Source of the DNA: Mesotaenium endlicherianum
Lineage: Eukaryota
Assembly: GCA_009602735.1 (NCBI GenBank)
Contig: WELA01000937.1
Location: 178,092 to 242,091 of the forward strand
Direction: 5' to 3'
Length of the DNA: 64,000 bases
The notes beneath the pieces are model-generated. The model had not been told where the DNA came from. It did not search any database and worked only from the letters and a program-made list of their open reading frames with translations. The position numbers and the translations under genes were made by a program. Shown here one piece after another: positions 1 to 13,548 of this stretch. Numbering within the stretch: position 1 is the stretch's first letter; every line of letters starts with the position of its first letter.

Positions 1-35
1 GGGGGGGGGGTACGCGCGTGGAGATGCAGGCTGAC

Positions 36-182
36 CTCGGCGCACTGCACGGAGTCGCTGCCGGCGCTGCCGATCTGGTAGGGGAAGTTGAAGGAGTGCT
101 GCTGCGGGGGCGACTTGAAGACGGTGGCGCCGTTGCGGATGACCAGGAACCCGCTGTCGCCGAGGTTCACAGCCTGCAGCTT
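36..182 (-). CDS. Internal exon of a PTC7-type protein phosphatase 2C gene (gene continues off the left edge)
   Basis: Reverse strand reads KLQAVNLGDSGFLVIRNGATVFKSPPQQHSFNFPYQIGSAGSDSVQCAE, containing the NLGDSG and QQHxFNxPYQ motifs of PTC7-like PP2Cs. It is bounded by a CAG acceptor (183-185) and a GTCAG donor (31-35). Not in the ORF track. Confidence 0.9.
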
Positions 183-844
183 CTGCTCTCCTCACCACGG
201 CGACCGGCACCACATACGCACATGCACACACACACGCACTCACGCACGCACGGGTACGCGCCAGCAAATGAGAGGGAGGTAACCACCACCGCACACACGT
301 ACACACACACACACGCATACGCAAGCGCCTGCGCGCAGGCACTCGTGCGCCAACGACCGCATGCATGCACAACGGTGAGCACTCGCATGCACACACACGC
401 GCGAGGGAGGAAGGCAAAGAGGGGCAAGGTCCGGTGCAAGCGCGTGCATAGAGCAAACGCATGCGCAGATCCCCTCACCCATGACGCCAAAATCTGTGAA
501 CACACACGTGCCAAATTCAACTGCTTGCGGCGCTAGCATGCACGCACAAACGCATGCAAGCACCACGACCGCTCCCGTAGCAAAAGGCGAGTGTATGAAT
601 AGATGAGATTTGACTCAGAAGTCAAAAAAATCACGGCCTCCGGGGGAGAACAAAATTTAGATTTTGTTCCCCCGCACCTCTCCCCCCGTCCCCCGACAAG
701 ACCAGACCAAAATGCCAGGCCAACGACTGCCCGCCTGATGTGACAAGACAGATGCCCACCGCTAATACCCACCACTTATCTCCGCTATCAGCCAACTCCC
801 ACCCCGCATATCCTCACTGTCCCCCCCCCGCCCTCATCCCCTCC

Positions 845-1231
845 NNNNNNNNNNNNNNNNNNNNNNNNNNNNNNNNNNNNNNNNNNNNNNNNNNNNNNNN
901 NNNNNNNNNNNNNNNNNNNNNNNNNNNNNNNNNNNNNNNNNNNNNNNNNNNNNNNNNNNNNNNNNNNNNNNNNNNNNNNNNNNNNNNNNNNNNNNNNNNN
1001 NNNNNNNNNNNNNNNNNNNNNNNNNNNNNNNNNNNNNNNNNNNNNNNNNNNNNNNNNNNNNNNNNNNNNNNNNNNNNNNNNNNNNNNNNNNNNNNNNNNN
1101 NNNNNNNNNNNNNNNNNNNNNNNNNNNNNNNNNNNNNNNNNNNNNNNNNNNNNNNNNNNNNNNNNNNNNNNNNNNNNNNNNNNNNNNNNNNNNNNNNNNN
1201 NNNNNNNNNNNNNNNNNNNNNNNNNNNNNNN
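845..1231. other. Assembly gap (N-run)
   Basis: Run of Ns; may hide PP2C exon(s). Confidence 1.
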
Positions 1232-1276
<45 letters not shown>

Positions 1277-2277
1277 GCATACCCGCAGAGACGCAAAATC
1301 GCACTTGCAAATTTGCAGGCACATGTACGTTCGGACATACACTCCCAGCACGTGATGCTTCTGTGCGCGTAAGTATGCGCATGCATGAGCGGGCATGTGC
1401 GCACCCACGTGCATCCTTCAGGGAGCGTCAGAATGAAGCGACGCTCCCTGAGTGGCCTGCATGCGTCGTCAAGTGCACCCGCACACGCACCTGCAGCCAA
1501 GGCCACGGTCTGATGCCCCACAGCTCGGTCCGGATTGACTTCTTTTATAGGAGCTCTCCAGTACTTCGGTACATTCTTCCTCCTTTGTTCGCTTCGGAGG
1601 GAGGGAGAGGGGAGGATGCGGTGGGGTGGGGTTAGGGGGGGAGGGGGGTCGGGGTCTTTCTCTTTCCATGCAAGCTAGCAGCGATCAATCTGTCGCCTCC
1701 TCTGTCCCCACCGGTCCTCTCCTCTCACAGGCAACTCCTTGCTGGCGTGAGCAATGTCCAGGCTCACTCTCTGTATGTGTGTTCATCAGCGCGTGAGAGT
1801 ATGTCTGCATTCCTATAGAGGGGGGAGGGGAGGAAGGTGGGCAATGGAAGGAAGGAGGAAGAGGGGGAGGAGGGAGGGGGCAGGGGGCAGAGCGAAGGAA
1901 AAAACTATCCTCACAAAGTCAGCATCCTCCCCCCCCCCCTCAACACTCCTGCCGGCAGAAAAACCCAGGGTGAAGATCTATGGATGAAGAGGTATATGCG
2001 ACGTTGGGCACTCACAAGCCCAAAGAACAGAGTTAAGATCGGAGACTAGATAAAGGTACAGCATGGGCACAGCATCTTCAAACATGTGGCAGGCAAAGAG
2101 TCCCGGAGTGCCATAAATGGAGAAGGGGCGAGGGCAAGAAGGTAAGGGTCACTCCCCTAACGGGCCACCCTAGCACTTTAAGCCCTACTGCTAGCCTACG
2201 CCACCTAGGCTCCTAGGCTTCTGAACCCTAGGTTGCATAGATAGGCTATGACAGCCGACTGATCAGGGCCCAACAAC

Positions 2278-3201
2278 CTAGGGTACAAGAACCCAAAGCT
2301 GCTCAAAGACCCTGCTGACAGGGCCTGCTGAGGAGGCCTGCTGACGTGGACAAGGGACTGAAGCCCTGCAATAAGACATGCATGCGAGCAGCGGAGTCGA
2401 CTGATGACTTGCGCGTGGCTGATGGAGGAGAGCAGGAGCAGGAGCAGGAGCAGAGACAGGGGCGGGAGCAGGAGCAGGAGCAGGGGCAGGAGCAGGTGCA
2501 GGAGCAGAGGCAGGAGCGTACAGGAAGGAGTCAGACGCCCCTTGATCTGTATCATCTTGCGGCACGAGCTGCGCCACGCTGCCAGGCTGCGGAGCGGCAG
2601 CCCCAGCAAGCTCAACATTATGAAGCATCCTCCTGAACTCGTCCCCCACTGCAGGGAGAGGACCAGTGTAAAATCCCCCCGACATGTACGACCTCTGGGG
2701 TTGATGCGGGGCACCATTACCCGGGGCGCGGCCGCCAGCCTTGCTGCTGCCCTTCCTACTCGACCTATCATGAGGCCCTATCTCAACGTGTTCGGCCCGG
2801 AGAAACCCAGAGTTGCCAACTCTGAAGTCCTTCTTCAGGACAGACGTTGTGATGGTACATCTCTCCTTGTCTATCCTACCGTTGATGCCCTCTGCAGAGA
2901 CCTTCACCACCGCCTGATCCGTGACATCAAAGGGAGATCTGTAGGTCAGCACGGGACCATGAATGGACGGCGTGGCAAAGCATCGCGACACCATCTCAGC
3001 CGCTGCCCAAACCCTACCCCGCGCAAGGCTGTCACGAGTGTCGCTGGCGGACGGAGGGGCAGAACCTGTGTTAAACTGAGGGAAACTAAATTTGTTAGAT
3101 ATACTGTGCGGACAAGGAGCTTGTGGACCCTGCTTCCGTGCTAAAATTCGAGCGGACCTGGCTTGGTTTGATTGTTTTAGGAGAGCCTGCAAGGGAGGCA
3201 T
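2278..3201 (-). CDS. Possible first exon (targeting peptide and low-complexity N-terminus) of the PP2C gene
   Basis: Long open frame from ATG at 3201 (MPPLQALLKQSNQARSARILARK...) on the same strand as, and upstream of, the PP2C exon. Contains an (AP)n tract. No recognisable domain and no confirmed splice path. Confidence 0.3.
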   Translation of the reverse strand: MPPLQALLKQSNQARSARILARKQGPQAPCPHSISNKFSFPQFNTGSAPPSASDTRDSLARGRVWAAAEMVSRCFATPSIHGPVLTYRSPFDVTDQAVVKVSAEGINGRIDKERCTITTSVLKKDFRVGNSGFLRAEHVEIGPHDRSSRKGSSKAGGRAPGNGAPHQPQRSYMSGGFYTGPLPAVGDEFRRMLHNVELAGAAAPQPGSVAQLVPQDDTDQGASDSFLYAPASAPAPAPAPAPAPAPAPVSAPAPAPALLHQPRASHQSTPLLACMSYCRASVPCPRQQASSAGPVSRVFEQLWVLVP

Positions 3202-5984
3202 GATGAGAGGAGCATGGATGACAGCATAGATGACGACGAGAAGATGAGGGCACAATATTGCGCCCTTGTATGATTTGTCATCCTATTGTAGAGAGCCTAC
3301 TCATGGCACGAATGAACCAAAATTCTGATGGCTTGAATCACTATCAATAGATGGCCTGGTCAGTAAACGAAGTAATGATCAATACCCAACGCAACTTTAA
3401 GAGGTGCACCTCAAATCACCGAAACTGATGCCCCGCAACAAGAGTAGCCTGAGGAATGAAGAAGAATCACGGAGGGGACTCGTGTTATATGCACACGTAA
3501 CAAGCTGGTAAACTTGCGGGACTGATGGCAATGGTAGGGAAAACTTCTAGCTCTCGGCACTTTTTCCCAGCTGCTTGGAAATTTGCGAATTTTAAGAAAC
3601 AAGCCGGTAAATGCAGGCTGATGCAGGCATTCGTGGGCGTTCGCAATGCAATGAAACGACAGACGAGCTCAGGTGGAGCGCAGGCATGGCGCAGGTATCT
3701 ACTTGTGCTGATTTGCGCCGTTGTCTGATATTTGTCTTAGTAACCAATGATCTGGACCGTTCTTTTCCTTACTGAAGTGGAGATTCTTGGCAGATTCTCG
3801 AAGCATTTTGCGAGGGGGCTGCTTTCAGCTGCTTTCTAACATTGCTCGTGTACGTCGTTCTAACGTTGCGGTCATAATGCTGTCCGATCGGGTTTTTGTA
3901 AGAGCGTTGAAAGTGGAACGCAGCGACGTCGCACGTGAACTTTTGTCACAACCACGACTTCATTCTCAAATGGAACTCACACATCGGATTTTTCAGACGG
4001 ATGCAGACCTTCTCTGACGGGATGCACATTGTATGTAGCAATCACGTCAGAGAGGAATTAGCGGGCAGGCACGGACGCATCGTGACAAGCAAGGGACGGA
4101 CCGTAACATCTGTGACTGTCCGTGTATGATGCATTTGCGTTCTTTACGCTCCACGTGCCCCTCGAAGCACTTACTGGCTTCGACACGATCCGCAAGCTAG
4201 AGGACATTCCATGTCTCTCGTAGTTCATTAACTTTTACTGCAGTATAATATTAGTCTTAGTACTCTGCTCCCTAAAGTGAGCTCCTCGAGAGGTCGGTCA
4301 ATATAGGCCGGAGAAGAGCTACGAAACTTTAGTGCAAGATGGACGCCTTTGCTGCCTGGCTACATCTTCCAAATTTGGTGGGAATTGCAGCCCAGGGTGC
4401 CAATGCAGCGAAGAACTTGCTAGATAGGCAACCCAGCGGAGGACATAAATTATCGTCAACCGGATTCGGCTCTAGTCATGGTACGTCAATTTTGGGACTG
4501 ACGGAGCATTGTTGGGAAATTGCACCTGTGTGCCCCGGCTACCTATTTCTGGAAGCATGGCGTAATGTAACAATAAGGACTGCCGCAAAGACGAGCTAAC
4601 CTCTTTTCGGCTTCTGAATCACCTCCACGCACCTTGTCCTGGTGATAAATTTGTTTGGGGAGCACCACATTGGCCTTGGTCTTGGGTGTCCGTTCCTCCT
4701 CTGTGATGATTAATTTGGCTACTCAATTGCCACTCTCCATATTATAAGCATATGTACACGAACTGGCATTGCACTGTGACTGCGTTCTTATTCCCTGTCC
4801 ATGCAAGATCCTTGATCTCGTACTTTCGGCTTCTTCCTGCCGCTTTCTTCAACAATGTTTTCGATATAAAATTGCGAGTCTAAAGTCAAAGTCCTGGAGC
4901 GAGGCCGGGATACGGGCAATATGCCTTTCTCTCCTCCCTCCCTCACCCTGCTCCACCCACACTTCCTTTATTTCCTGTGAGCATGTGACATACATGACCA
5001 TGAAACATTGGCATGACCTCAACTTGCATTATATCACGTGCGTCTGTGGGTAGATAAGCTCGTCTTGCCCGCATAATCCGGGCAGCAGAATCTTCAGCTT
5101 CGATCCAGACAGCAACCCTTGCAATTTGGATCCTCATGCTGAATCCTCCCCGCGAATGTCAGTGACATGCTCGTGGGGCGTGCACGCATGCAGGCTTGGC
5201 TTGATTGATGCATATAGACAGGCCACGTGTCAAACAGGGTGCCCATGCCACGATCGAGATGCTTCTTCTCTCCCTCACATGCATCCTCTCCTCTCCGTTA
5301 CCTGGTCATTTCGTCAACCGCCTGCTTTCGCACTAGATGCTTGGCCTGCAGCAAGAGGCACTGCAGAAGCTGCAGCAGTCGCAGTAGCAGCAGCAGTAGC
5401 AGCCATTGCACTTGCAGCAGTCAGATGAGCAGCTGCAGCGGTCGGATCAGCAGCGGCAGCAGTAGGTGCTCGAGACAAAATGCGTATGCCCATCTCCTTC
5501 TCCTTCCTCTCCATCCTCTCCTTTCTCTCCCGCTTTTGTAGCAGCCTTTACAGCAGCAAGAGCAGGAGCAGGAGCAGGAGCAGAGGCAGGGAGCGGGTGC
5601 AGGGGGGGAGCTAACCTGAATAGAACTTCCATACCCACACCCCCTGCCCTTTCCTCTTCCTCCCTCCCCTTCTCCTCCACAATCTCCGTTGGCAGCCTCG
5701 TCAATCCCTCTGTGTCTGGTCTGCTTCTGGAGCAGCAGCAGCAGCATCCTTACATGAGCAACAGCAGCAGCACTAGAATCAGCAGCATTAGCATCAGCAG
5801 CAGCAGCCACAGCGGCATCAGCAGCAGCAGCAACCACAGCAGCAGCAACCGCACGAGCTGACAGCATACGCCACCTCCTCTCCCTCGCCCTCTCCCTCGT
5901 CGATGCCCAGCCGGTCTCAAATGTCACTCCCAATGCATCATCCTGTGTGAACGTGCGTCTCGCTCTGGTCTGTTGCTGTGGCAG

Positions 5985-8900
5985 CCGCGGCGCTGGCCGC
6001 TGGAGCAGGAGCAGCAGCAGGAGCGACGCTGCTGGCTGCTAAGGCAATGAAACACCGGGAGGCCATCGGGGCCGCCCTCTCCGCCCTCCTTACCGACGTG
6101 CAGGTATGGGACAGGAGGCGTGGCTGAAAGATGGCCACGCGTGCTCGCGCTGCTTGAAAGTTGTGAAATTTGCTGTTGGTGCGTCCCGTCGTGTGACTTT
6201 GTTGACCAATTTATCTCAACAGACTTACCAATGCAGCGCATGCAGTCTTGAGAACCCTTCCTGACCCACTTATGAAGTGTTGCTCGACTGCCCCACCCTC
6301 CTGCTCCCACTACTTTTCTTCCTTAAGCTACGTATGCCATCCACCATCTTCACTCCTTGGGCTTCGGGTGGGTCTCTGATAGTTTGTCCATTCGGCCGTA
6401 ACTTACATTTGTATTGTTTTCCCCCTCCTCAACGTCTTGCAGGGCAACACCTGGCGAGAGGTCCAGGGCCACGCCCTGCCGTTTGCAGCAATCTCGTTCG
6501 TCGGGTTCGACACGGTGGTCGCGCAGCCGCCCACCATGACAGCGTTCACCCGTGAGCCAATCACGGGGCTCGAATTTCCGACGGAGATCGACGGGAAGGC
6601 GCTGTCGGGCCTCGGCATCCGCAACAAAGTTTTGTTCGGGCTGAAAAACATCCGCGTATATGCGTATGGTAAGAGCCCCTACTTTACACACCAAAGAGAA
6701 AATATACAAACGCGAACACGCACACGTGTGCGCACATGCACACGCACATACACGCACGCGCGCGCGCGCGCGCGCACACACAGACACAAAATTTGAATGA
6801 GAACGGCGCAGGCAGATAGCTGGGAAAAGAAGAAGAGGGAAAGAAGAAGCCAAGGGAGGAAGCTGGATGAGGGGGAGAGGGCGGTTGTCTCGCAGCTGGG
6901 CTCTCGAGCTTGTCATTGTGTCACTGAACCGTGTCACTGAACTGAACTGCGTTCGTCGTTGTGTCACTAAAGTGAATTGCGTTCGTCACTGTGTCACTGA
7001 ACTTCCGGGACTGTCGCTGAACTGTGTCATTACCTTGTGTTTGTCACTGTGTCATTTAACTTCTGATACGGGACCCCTGTGCGTTTCTCTTCATGCGCCC
7101 GAGCTTTAACATTATTTTGGGCCTGCTTCCTGGCGAGGCATCTCTTTCTTTCTTGTTTTTTGGTCTGAGCTGCTACCCTTCCTTTGTTCTCTTCTCATTT
7201 CTGGGTTGCCTTCCTCGATGAAACAAGGGTTGGTGCTTCTTCTCACACGAGAATGTCAATATTTATTGTCTTACAGACTGCAAAATTTTCTGCAGGCGTG
7301 TACGCCAACGCGCCGAACCTGCACGCCAAGTTGGCGCCCAAGTACGCCAACATTCCACCTGGCGCGCTGGCGGAGAACAAGTTCTTCTACGACGATGTCA
7401 TTGGCGAGGACACTGAGCTGGCGGTCCGCCTCGTCATCTACTACAAGTGAGCTGCGCATTGAACACTTGGCGGAACACTTCACATTGCATGAAATACTCA
7501 ATGACCGCTGCTGCTGCTGCTGCTGTCCTTGTTGTTGCTGTCATGGTTGTTGTTTTGCAAAGTAAAAAACCATCAACCTGTGTGCTGACTAGACAGGCAT
7601 CAGCAACAAAGAAAGGTTCACATAGAGTCTGTGCGCCGATCGGTAGTCCGTGTCCCCGTGTGCAGATTTTTTGTGTGCAAAATTCTCCCGGCAGATTGGT
7701 GCACAAACATTATGGGCAAGCGACCTTCCACCCACTAAACTTGACACTCTGAACCCTAACCTCTTCCACCCACTAACCCGCTAACCTAGGACTCGCGACC
7801 ACTGCCAACCCCCTCCCTCTGACGCCATTCCGACATCATCTTTTCCGCACAACAGAAGCGCACCTTCCGTACCGCCATCGCCACCGGTCCCCCACCCCCC
7901 ACCACCGGCGCATTTGCATGCACACCTTCCGTGCTGACGTGTCAAGACGATGACATGTCACAATGCCGATGTGTCATTATGCTGACGTTGCGGTGCTCCG
8001 GCAGGGGCCTGAAGATCGGGCAAGTGCGGAGCGCCTTCGAGGACTCCATCGGGCAGAAGCTGAAGCACTTTGCCAAGGGCGAGCCCAATGAGGCTCTGCT
8101 CCACAGGTCTGCTCCGGCAGCCAGCCATCCTTCCCTCCTCCTTACCCCGAACCCTCCCACCAATTGGAACCTGCCAGCAGGGCAAACTCCAGTACTCCTC
8201 TTTCTGCAGGTCGGCCGGCATCCGCCAGCAGCCAGCCACTCTCTATTTGAGACTGGAAACGCACGTGCATGTTGGGTCTTGTTTTTTTTTTCCTCCAAAC
8301 ACCCAAATGTCTCCCAACTGCGGACCTCAACCCGAGTTTCTCTCTGTTAAACCCCAGATGGCAATTTGCCTCTTGCTAGACCCGAGTCTTCCTGCGTGAC
8401 GTTCAAACTATCACCTTCAAAGAAGCTCCGTGCGCGCGTGCGTGCTTGCGTTTGCGCGTGCGTGCGTGCATTCGTGCATGCGTGCGTATGTGCATGCGTG
8501 CTTGCTCGCAGGCGTTCATGCATGTGCTTTAGGGTCCAAAACTTCTTGCACCCCCACCCCCCACCAGATCCCCGGCTCCAGAACCCTGGGTTCCAAAACC
8601 CCGCCATTCAAAACCGTAACTGCCCAGATCTTGAAGCCTGGAGCCCGCCCGCAGCCAATGTGAGGCGTTGCGCGCGCGCTCTCCCTACCGTGACAGCACC
8701 ACTACCAAAATAAATAACAGCGAATTCCGATCTCCACGAGCTGCTCGCGTGCGGTGGCGGCAGACGCTGCGCGCCACCTGTCACGAAGCCGAGCCTGCTT
8801 GGCCCCTGCAGTTTGTTTCGTATCGCCTCACGCCTCACGAGGTGAAGAGAAGAATGGGCAGACAACAAAAAGAAGACTCGGCCCGCCTGTTTTTTCTTGC

Positions 8901-10025
8901 CCGTCTCAGAACTCACATAGTGTCCATTCGGAAGAGCCCAAGGCGAGGCGTGCTCGCAGAGGCGTGTTCGCGTTGTAGACGTTAGCCGACGAGATTGCTT
9001 GCTGCTGCTTTTTAATTCCTTCCCAGCCCTGCCGTGCATACTGCAAACTTGAACTTGTGCCGGAGAACTCCTATCCTTTTGCTGGGCTCCCTTACCCCTA
9101 TGGCAGCAAACGCGCAAGCGCGCGCACTCATGAACGTGCACGTCCACGTTTAGCCCTTACTGGAGCCCTTGCCTTAGCCCCAGCACTAGCCTTACCCCTA
9201 GCCCCAGCCCTAGCCCTAACCTACTAGCCTTGGTTACTGCTAGCGGCTCAGTGTGATGTCTGCAATGGCTGGGAGGAAGGAAAGGATGGAGGGTTGAGCG
9301 CTAAGAGCTGCTGGGTTGGCAGCACGCTCACACCACGCTGCAGCAGAGCAGCATGCGGCCCTCATGCCTTCGGTTCTCTCGGCGCACTGTGCTCGTGCGT
9401 GCTCCTGTGCTCGCGTGTGCGCTCGTGTGCACTGTGTGAGCGCTTGTGCATGCACACGTGCTTGCGAGTGCTCCTGCGCGCGCATGTGCTGCCAAGTTGC
9501 GGGGTGCTCGTATACGTGCTCGTGTCTACTCGTGTGTTCATGCGCTTGCGTGCTTGTGCTCTTGTATGTTCATGTGCTTGTGCGCTTGTGTGTGCCCGTG
9601 GCGAGCGGGGGTGGGCAGTTTCACAAAGCAGTTTAAGGACGAGCTGAAGCTGCAGAGGGGCACTGTGATTGACATCACGCGCAAGCCAGGCTTCGTTCTG
9701 CACACAGACAGTGCGCTCCCGCCGCCCCCCCACACGACCTCGCTCCCGCTACCCCGCCGCCCGCTGCCCACTGCCCACCATTTGCTCCTCGGGCTCTAGT
9801 GGCGATTCTGGGTCTTGACCTGTTTTGCATGTCTTCGGCCATATCTTGCGCACGAGCGCATGGTTGTGTGTGTGTGTGTATGTGTGTGTGTGTGCGTGTG
9901 TGTGTGTGTGTCTTTTGTGACTTGGTGGTTTGTCTGGCTCTTATGCATGGGCGCTTATGCGTACGCGCGCGCGTGTGTGTGTGTGTGTGTGCATGTACGT
10001 GTGTGTGAAGAGCTAGAGATAGTGG

Positions 10026-10063
<38 letters not shown>

Positions 10064-10949
10064 CTGTGGTTCTGTCTCTTCCTGCATGCCTCCATGTGAG
10101 TGTGGGTGCTTGTATGTGCGCGCGGGTATATATGCATAGCTGTCTCATCTCAGCTGAAACATGGCTGCGGTCTGGCGCTAGCCTTCCCTCTCATCTGTCA
10201 CCCTCTCCGACTGCATCAACAAACTCGTCTCAGCTAAGAATGTTGTTGTTCTTCAAATCAAGATGCTTACTTTCTGATCCAGGTGGCCCTTAAATGCATG
10301 CATATATATGCGTGCGCGCGTGTGTGAGTGTGTGTATACGTGCGCGCGCGCGCGCGCGTGTGTGTGTGTATGTGTGCATAAGTGTGTGCATGAGTGTGAA
10401 AGTAGACATGCATGTGTGCATGCTAGGAATTGTTTGCAGTCATTTGCATCGCTGGTAGCAAGCATGTGTCCCTTACTCCTTCCTCCATGTAGGCCTTCCT
10501 CTCTCTTTGTCTGCCCATTCCCATGGAGGTGCAGAGTCCGGACAATTGAGTCTGAGGATGCCTTGTCTGACTCTTGTTCACTTTCCTTCAATGTGAGTGA
10601 TCCGTACTTGAAAAGCACACATCATATGTTTGTCCGTGACTTTGCATCATGCAACCGTGAAACAGCTCCCTTCTCCTCATTCAAACTCTTTCACAAGTCG
10701 GCTTCTGCGGTCGGTCATTCTTCATGCTCTCTACTTGCCCCCTAAATGCGTGCGTGCGCATGTGCGTGAGTGTGCTTGCGTGTGCGGGGTGCAGTTGACG
10801 GCAAGCACGTGGGGAGCGTCAAGAGTGCCCTTCTGTGCCAGGCTTTCTTTGACCTCTACATTGGCCAAGATGCATTCGACAAGCATGCGAGAGAGGCGGC
10901 CGGCAACACTTTTGCAAAAGTTGTCACCCACTTGTCGCCTCAGGAGTAG
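5985..10949 (+). CDS. FAP1: Chalcone-isomerase-fold fatty-acid-binding protein, FAP1-like (5' end uncertain)
   Basis: Phase-consistent GT-AG exons at about 5985-6103, 6443-6668, 7296-7446, 8005-8106, 9619-9710 and 10795-10949. They give REPITGLEFP...GLKNIRVYAYGVYA...VRSAFEDSIG...FKDELKLQRGTVIDITRKPG...GSVKSALLCQAFFDLYIGQDAFDKHARE, which follows plant FAP1 closely. Confidence 0.9.
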
Positions 10950-11687
10950 AATAGGCGTGCAGATTATAGCCATGAGTCTTACAGGCTCATGGCGTAGGGG
11001 AAAATATGATGAGCTTTTTTGAGCTAGGTCATCATAGATGCTTGTTCTTGTTCCTTCCTTAGTTTAGTGTTGATATCAAAATGAATTTTTCTCTTAGCTC
11101 AGTGGAACACCTACTTAGCATCGACAAGACTAAGAATTAATATCAACAAACAATGCTCATGCAAGTAGTCCGTAGGTTTTTTTAAAGATTGAGGGTTGAG
11201 GAACAAGATAGTGTTGATTACATTTCTCAAGTTGTGGACCATTCACGGGTTAGAAGCAAGAAATAAAGAAGTGCAAGTTGAACCATTTATTACCAATACT
11301 ATTCTTCATTGATCTTTAACACCGAGAGAAGTATTTGATATAAGTGGCCTTTAGATCTAAAGTTAGGCTATGTTTGATCACTAAATTAGTTTCAATATCG
11401 TTCTCATTCGGTTTTGTCTTCATAAGGTTAGCAACCTTCATGTCGGAGTATCCGTTTCATTTTCTCACTTAATTGTAAAGCTTGCATTGGTTGTCAAATG
11501 TATAAGTATGAGAAATACACCAATCTTAATTCAGCTACAAAAAAGTAATATGCACTCCATACGAACTCAAGGAAAATTGATGTTTATTAATCTTATTGAT
11601 GTCCACATTATTCATATGGGTACTGTAGCCTCTCCAGTTTTTGAGACACCAAACTGAAAAATGTGCTTGCTGTCCCTTTCTTTAAAA

Positions 11688-12072
11688 GGGCCACTTTAGG
11701 GGCACGCAAAGTTAGGAGTTTGTAGAAATGCAAAGTTGCCGATTCTTTGGGCGCGCAAAGTCACCTTCAAATGGGGGCACGCAAAATTGCCATCAATTTG
11801 GGGCACACAAAATTGCCATCAATTTGGGGCACGCAAAATTGCCTTCAAGTTGGGGCACGCAAAACTGACTTCAGATGCGGGCACGCAAACTTGACTTCAA
11901 CTGGGGGCACGAAAAAGTTACTTTTGAGGGGCTCGCACAATCTATTTCAAGACGGGGCACGCAAAATAAACTGTAAGTTGGGGCACGCTTGTTTATTATA
12001 TATGCATGCGGCACGCAGAAATATGTGTGATCATGGGGGAACGAAAAATTACTCTTTCCGGGGCACAGCAAA
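11688..12072 (+). repeat. Degenerate tandem array of about 21-22 bp units with a GGGGCACGCAAA core
   Basis: More than a dozen recurrences of GGGCAC(G/A)C/AAA at near-regular spacing. Confidence 0.85.
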
Positions 12073-12322
12073 AGTTCTATTAACGTAGCAGCCTTCGGCG
12101 CGGGCGTATTTGGCGTATTTCAAAATAGTGTTGACTACAGTTGACTTAGAGCGAAACTGCGACACTGCAGATCAGTGCAGGTTGATCCATGGGGTGCTAA
12201 CTGTCACAACGTGTCCCAAAATATTGATTGTTTTTGCAAACTTTGCAAGTGCGTCCGCCGAAATACTTGCCTCATTGATTTCGAGCGCAGCGTTAAATCC
12301 CGCCGCATTGCGGTATACGCAG

Positions 12323-13548
12323 TGTCGCGACTATTATCCGTTTGACGTTGTCGCACGCGCAGCGCAAGCTACGGCCACCTAGTGCTGAAAGTCAACGTTG
12401 ACTCACCGACCACTTGACTGATTACATCACAGTCAGCGGTTATGGCGGCGTCAAGACCACTGGCAAGGGGTCAATGTCAGTGTGCCCCACACCCAAGGAT
12501 GGGGGAGGTTTTGACAAGACAGCCGCGAGGCTAGGAGCTGGGGATCAGCAATGAGCCGCCCAGCAAGTACCAGGTCAGGTACTGTGTGACTGGCAGATTA
12601 AGCCAGGTCATGGCTGCAATGCCAAGATAGGTTACGGCCGCCCGGTTGGGAAAACTTGAGCAAGTGGCATTTGCTTGCACGCCGCTCAGGAATTCTTAGC
12701 CATGAGCCAATTAGGCGTGACTGCCAGCTGAGAAGCTAAGCAGCCACGCGCGACAGTCACAAGGTGTGCATGCATGCTGAGTGACTACAAGTTTGAGTTG
12801 AGCATGGCTAGGCGGAGGCGACATGCAGCTAAGTTGTGTGACTAAGCACGGCATTCTCGAAAGATGACGCTGTGTGGTGCCTGCGAAAGGCACGAATCTT
12901 GCCTGAGACATGTCATTCACTCTCACGCACCTTTGCCAAGAAGCAGAAGGAAAGAGAAGAAGGGCGCGAAGAGGAAGAAGGAGTTCCCAAGGCCATTGGA
13001 GGGCCAAAGCCCCACGCTTCTGACGACGCTGAAGATTCTTCTGTGTATCATAGATAAGTTAGGATTGTAGGAGTTCCCAAGAGGGAATCTCACGGTTGAA
13101 GAAGGAGAACTGCAGAATAGAATCTGCTAGGAGATTCGCACAGAGCCGGCCGAACGCCACGAGTGTGTGTGTGAAGCAGCCTTAAAATGGTGAGTTGTGT
13201 GTTGAATTCCAAGTTCTCAGAAGTCGCATTCGCATCTCGAAGAGAGAGAGTAGTATTGACAGATAAAGCTCTCAGTGAAGAACTGAGTGAGCCCAGCCTG
13301 GCAGTGAAGAGCTGTTAAGGCGCGGTGTTAAGTGAAGAGCTTGACCCAGGCCAACATAGACGTAGTTTCAGAGTTTTGTAAGCTGACTTGTGAAAGTTAA
13401 GCGAAAGCCTGAAGGGCGATTTTCTCTGAATCTGACGTTGCATGTCAAGCTGTTTAGAGTGTGATTTCTGCAAACTACAATTTGCTCACCTGTGAACCCA
13501 AGAACCTTAAGGCATAAAGCCCATGTGGAAGTAAGAGACTTCCGTCCT
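12323..13548 (+). repeat. Split repeat A1 (about 1.23 kb)
   Basis: Nearly identical to 29954-31180, with scattered, mostly transition differences. Confidence 0.97.

Noticed and set aside
740..1521. ORFs spanning N-runs and (CA)n/(TG)n tracts (also near 35246-35752 and 55989-57768)
   Set aside because: They are open only because of Ns or microsatellites. A possible small PP2C exon at about 1491-1591 (ending TVALAAG) could not be confirmed.
5314..5933. Ala/Ser/Gln-rich ORFs upstream of FAP1
   Set aside because: (GCA)n low-complexity sequence; it may include the true FAP1 first exon, but no frame could be supported.
11688..12072. CRISPR-like repeat-spacer appearance
   Set aside because: The spacers are only about 10 bp and related to each other, the context is eukaryotic, and there are no cas genes.
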